Below are positions 61,405 through 64,000 of a stretch of 64,000 bases of DNA, in pieces. Every line of letters begins with the position of its first letter. The first letter of the stretch is position 1. The notes below the pieces were generated by a model that was given only the letters and a program-made list of their open reading frames with translations, was not told the origin of the DNA and searched no databases. Position numbers and translations under genes: made by a program. Source of the stretch: Leucoraja ocellata (lineage: Eukaryota); NCBI GenBank assembly GCA_036785375.1, contig JAWMAR010000013.1, forward strand, positions 310,001 through 374,000, written 5' to 3'.

Positions 61405-61660
61405 ATAAATTCATAGAGCCCTTTGGCCCACCTTGTCCATGCCACCAAGTTACCTTACTGGGCTAGTCCCATTTGCCTTCATTTGGGCATTATCCCTCAA
61501 AGCTTTTCTTCCTTGTATATGTCTTTTAGAAAACGTCGAAATGGGACGTTTCTCGATTCCTTTGGCAGCTAATTCCAGATATGATTTCTCATGAGTGAAA
61601 AAGGTGACTCTGAGATCCCTCTTCAATCTCTCCCCTCTTACCCTAAGGCTATGTCCTCTT
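61405..61660 (-). mobile_element. Decayed CR1 3' fragment
   Basis: ORF PRGHSLRVRGERLKRDLRVTFFT. Confidence 0.8.
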
Positions 61661-62319
61661 GGAAGCAGCAACACATTGGTTCTCAATGCCACGTTAAAAA
61701 ATACCTGTTTATTATTGAGGGCTGTGGGCTAGGCTGCAGGCTGAGTCACCAGCAGCTCCAGGGTAGGGAGAGTCCGGGTGTGGGAAAGAACTGGGAAAAT
61801 GCCCTCTCTTCCTGCTGTGGTGCACCTGGGCCTTATCACAGCACCTGTCAGTCAACCAGAGACCACCAGCCAACATCCTGGCCTGTCTTGTTCGCCTACA
61901 CCTACCTTGGAAGGGATAAGGGAAGAGGTGCATTGGCTTCATGTGATGAGCATGCCCGAGAGGGAGGCAAACTGAGGCTTCAATGCCAAGGTTGGAAAAG
62001 GTGCAATCCGCTGCAAAGAGGGAAATGGGGAGAACTAATCCAGTGGAATTCTCATTCTTGACAAAATGCCCAATTTACACTGAGAGAAGACCATAAGATG
62101 TCATGACTAATTAATCTCCTGATCTAAGAAATGGCCCCAGTATATCGTTGGCCGAGCGTGATAGCCCAGGGATGTCACATCACAACAGGTACCATTGCCT
62201 GACAGGCCACCCACAACCTTGGGAAGGAAAATCAAAGGCACAAGACTCAAATTATTGGAACTATTTCTGTTAATAGTGTCTGAATTCTAATGTTTGGGAT
62301 TTGCACAGTCCAGTATTTA

Positions 62320-62760
62320 GTGGTATTTTAAAAGCAACCTTTGATCACGGTTTTAATATTGTGATTTTGCTGTGTTCCGATGTTTCATCAGAGCTCTGAC
62401 GATCCCAGCCAGCTACTGGCACAACCTCAGGCACGAACTGCTCATAATTTATAATGAATGGCAAAGATCTACTACTCCTTTTAATAAGAAAACTAAATGA
62501 ACTTCTCCCAAATGGTCGCCATTCTCTCAATATAGCGCCTATTTTGTTTGATTGCAGTCATGCTGTCCAGGAGATATAAATAAAGTACTGATTATATTGC
62601 GGCTCTACGTGCCGGTTTCATTCTTCACACTGGACGTGAACAAATACAAAGTAATAAGTACACTTTGCAGTCATTTGGCTGAATTAATTTGGAAGCTGTT
62701 GAAGTTTAATAGAAGGCAGAACACTCTGGAGTAGAGTATCTAATTAAACCTGAAGGAAGG
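62320..62760. promoter_or_regulatory. Candidate conserved non-coding element
   Basis: Unique sequence with a consensus TCF/LEF site CCTTTGATC (62338-62346), TAATTA, CATAATTTTATAAT and ATAAATAAA motifs. Conservation not tested. Confidence 0.35.
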
Positions 62761-63664
62761 GGAATTCAAAGAAAGAAGAAGAAATTGCATTTATTTCAGG
62801 CATCTTGCATTTTCAGGGTAAATAAATGTTCTGCAGTGTTGTCACTCCCACATTGCCAGCTGCCCATTGCCAAAATCCCACAGATGACTGAGGTGAGTTC
62901 AGGAGTTGGAAGACAGAGAGATGGAAGAGAGTGGGAATCAAAAAGACCTAGATGCTAGAAATCTGACACAAAAGCAGTGGGTGCTGGAAACACTTAGCAG
63001 TTCAAGCAGCGTCTGTGGAGAGAGAAACAGTTCTTGGCTCGGGTTTGGGACTGTTCAACAGACCCAAGGTTAGGAGATAAAATAAATAAAGTGAGGTAAG
63101 ATGGTGCATAATCTTATTAGCAAATTGCGATTGAGCTTTTTCGCCTTTTTTTTTGCATTAATATGGCAAAGGAATGAAGAGGTGTACATCTAATGTTGTA
63201 CATAAGATATTGGTAATGTGGGAGGGAGCATGACAGCTAATTCCAGATATGATTTCTCATGAGTAAGAAGCAGATATATTGAATTCATATAAGAGTACTA
63301 ATGGAATTGTGTGTGGGAAAATTAAGGATGAATTGTAGAAATAAATCAGAGAATCTTTGAGGAATGTTGGGAAGAAGCAGGAATTTGGGTTATCCATGTG
63401 CAAAGTATAGATGGCAATAATACAGCAGGTATAAAGTATTCAAAGTGGAATGCTGGTCTTCATTTCAAGGTGGCTGAAGTACAAAGAGCTGGTTTAGATC
63501 TCACTCGAGTCACTGTCCATCGGAGAGGCAATGTTCTGCACTCGGTACTGCATCTCAGGGAGAAAGTTAAGGGGCCGGGTGCGGTGCAATAGTGATTCAA
63601 CAGTAAACTCCCAAGGCAAGTAGGGTGAAATGGTGAAGTCAGTGGGATAATCGTAAATACCAGT

Positions 63665-64000
63665 AATATTTTGTTATTTTTAGTATGTTTTAAAGGTTTG
63701 TGATAATGTTCTCAGTTTTTGTTTTATGTGGGGGAGGGGCGGGGGAAACCTTTTTTCAATCTCTTGCCTTGCCGGAGATGCGATTGTTTTCCGGGTCGTA
63801 TCTCCGTTGCTCTGCGGCCTAACATCATGGAGCTGGAGGTCTTGCTCCAGACTGCGTGGACTTAACAGCGGAGCCGATTCCTTGCCTGGGATCGATGCTC
63901 CAACCTGTGGACTTTAACATCGGAGCTCGCAGTCTCAGGAGAGACCGAGCCTGATAAAAAACGCACAACGTTTGACAAGCCCTGACCCGAGGTAGATCGC
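63665..64000 (+). mobile_element. 5' part of a CpG-rich element related to 37407-38222 (continues past the window)
   Basis: TTTTATGTGGGGGAGGG...GGGGGAAAC..TTTT.CAATCTC.T.CCT.GCCGGAGATGCGAT is colinear with the reverse complement of ~38030-38160. Confidence 0.65.

Noticed and set aside
61591-62061. 156-aa ORF
   Set aside because: Starts in antisense CR1 sequence, with no recognisable domain or splice context.

Overview
Vertebrate genomic DNA, most likely from a cartilaginous fish (skate/ray-like). This is inferred from HE1-type V-SINEs, abundant CR1 LINEs with (TTTCTATG)n tails, and Rex1/Babar and Penelope-like repeats. The window is almost all non-coding. The only host-gene signal is a CpG island (~3060-3820) holding a probable first exon of an unidentified minus-strand gene (MSGKLEKP..., donor CAG|GTGAGG) transcribed out of the left edge, with a ~60-bp tandem array in its promoter. 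The remaining ~60 kb looks like a gene desert: a mosaic of CR1, Rex1/Babar, RTE, Tx1/L1, Penelope-like and decayed Gypsy retroelements, tRNA-SINEs, four PIF/Harbinger-type MITEs, a non-autonomous Helitron and a 44-bp minisatellite, plus several repeat-free TAAT-rich blocks that look like enhancers. The most notable finding is a ~140-bp non-coding retroelement present twice (10752-10890 minus, 60385-60522 plus). Both copies have target-site duplications and an AAG-type tail, and their first 54 nt fold into a minimal CPEB3/HDV-like self-cleaving ribozyme starting at the element's 5' end. A second ribozyme class, Penelope-type minimal hammerheads, occurs in about a dozen short repeats. All family and fold assignments were made by eye; no searches were run.
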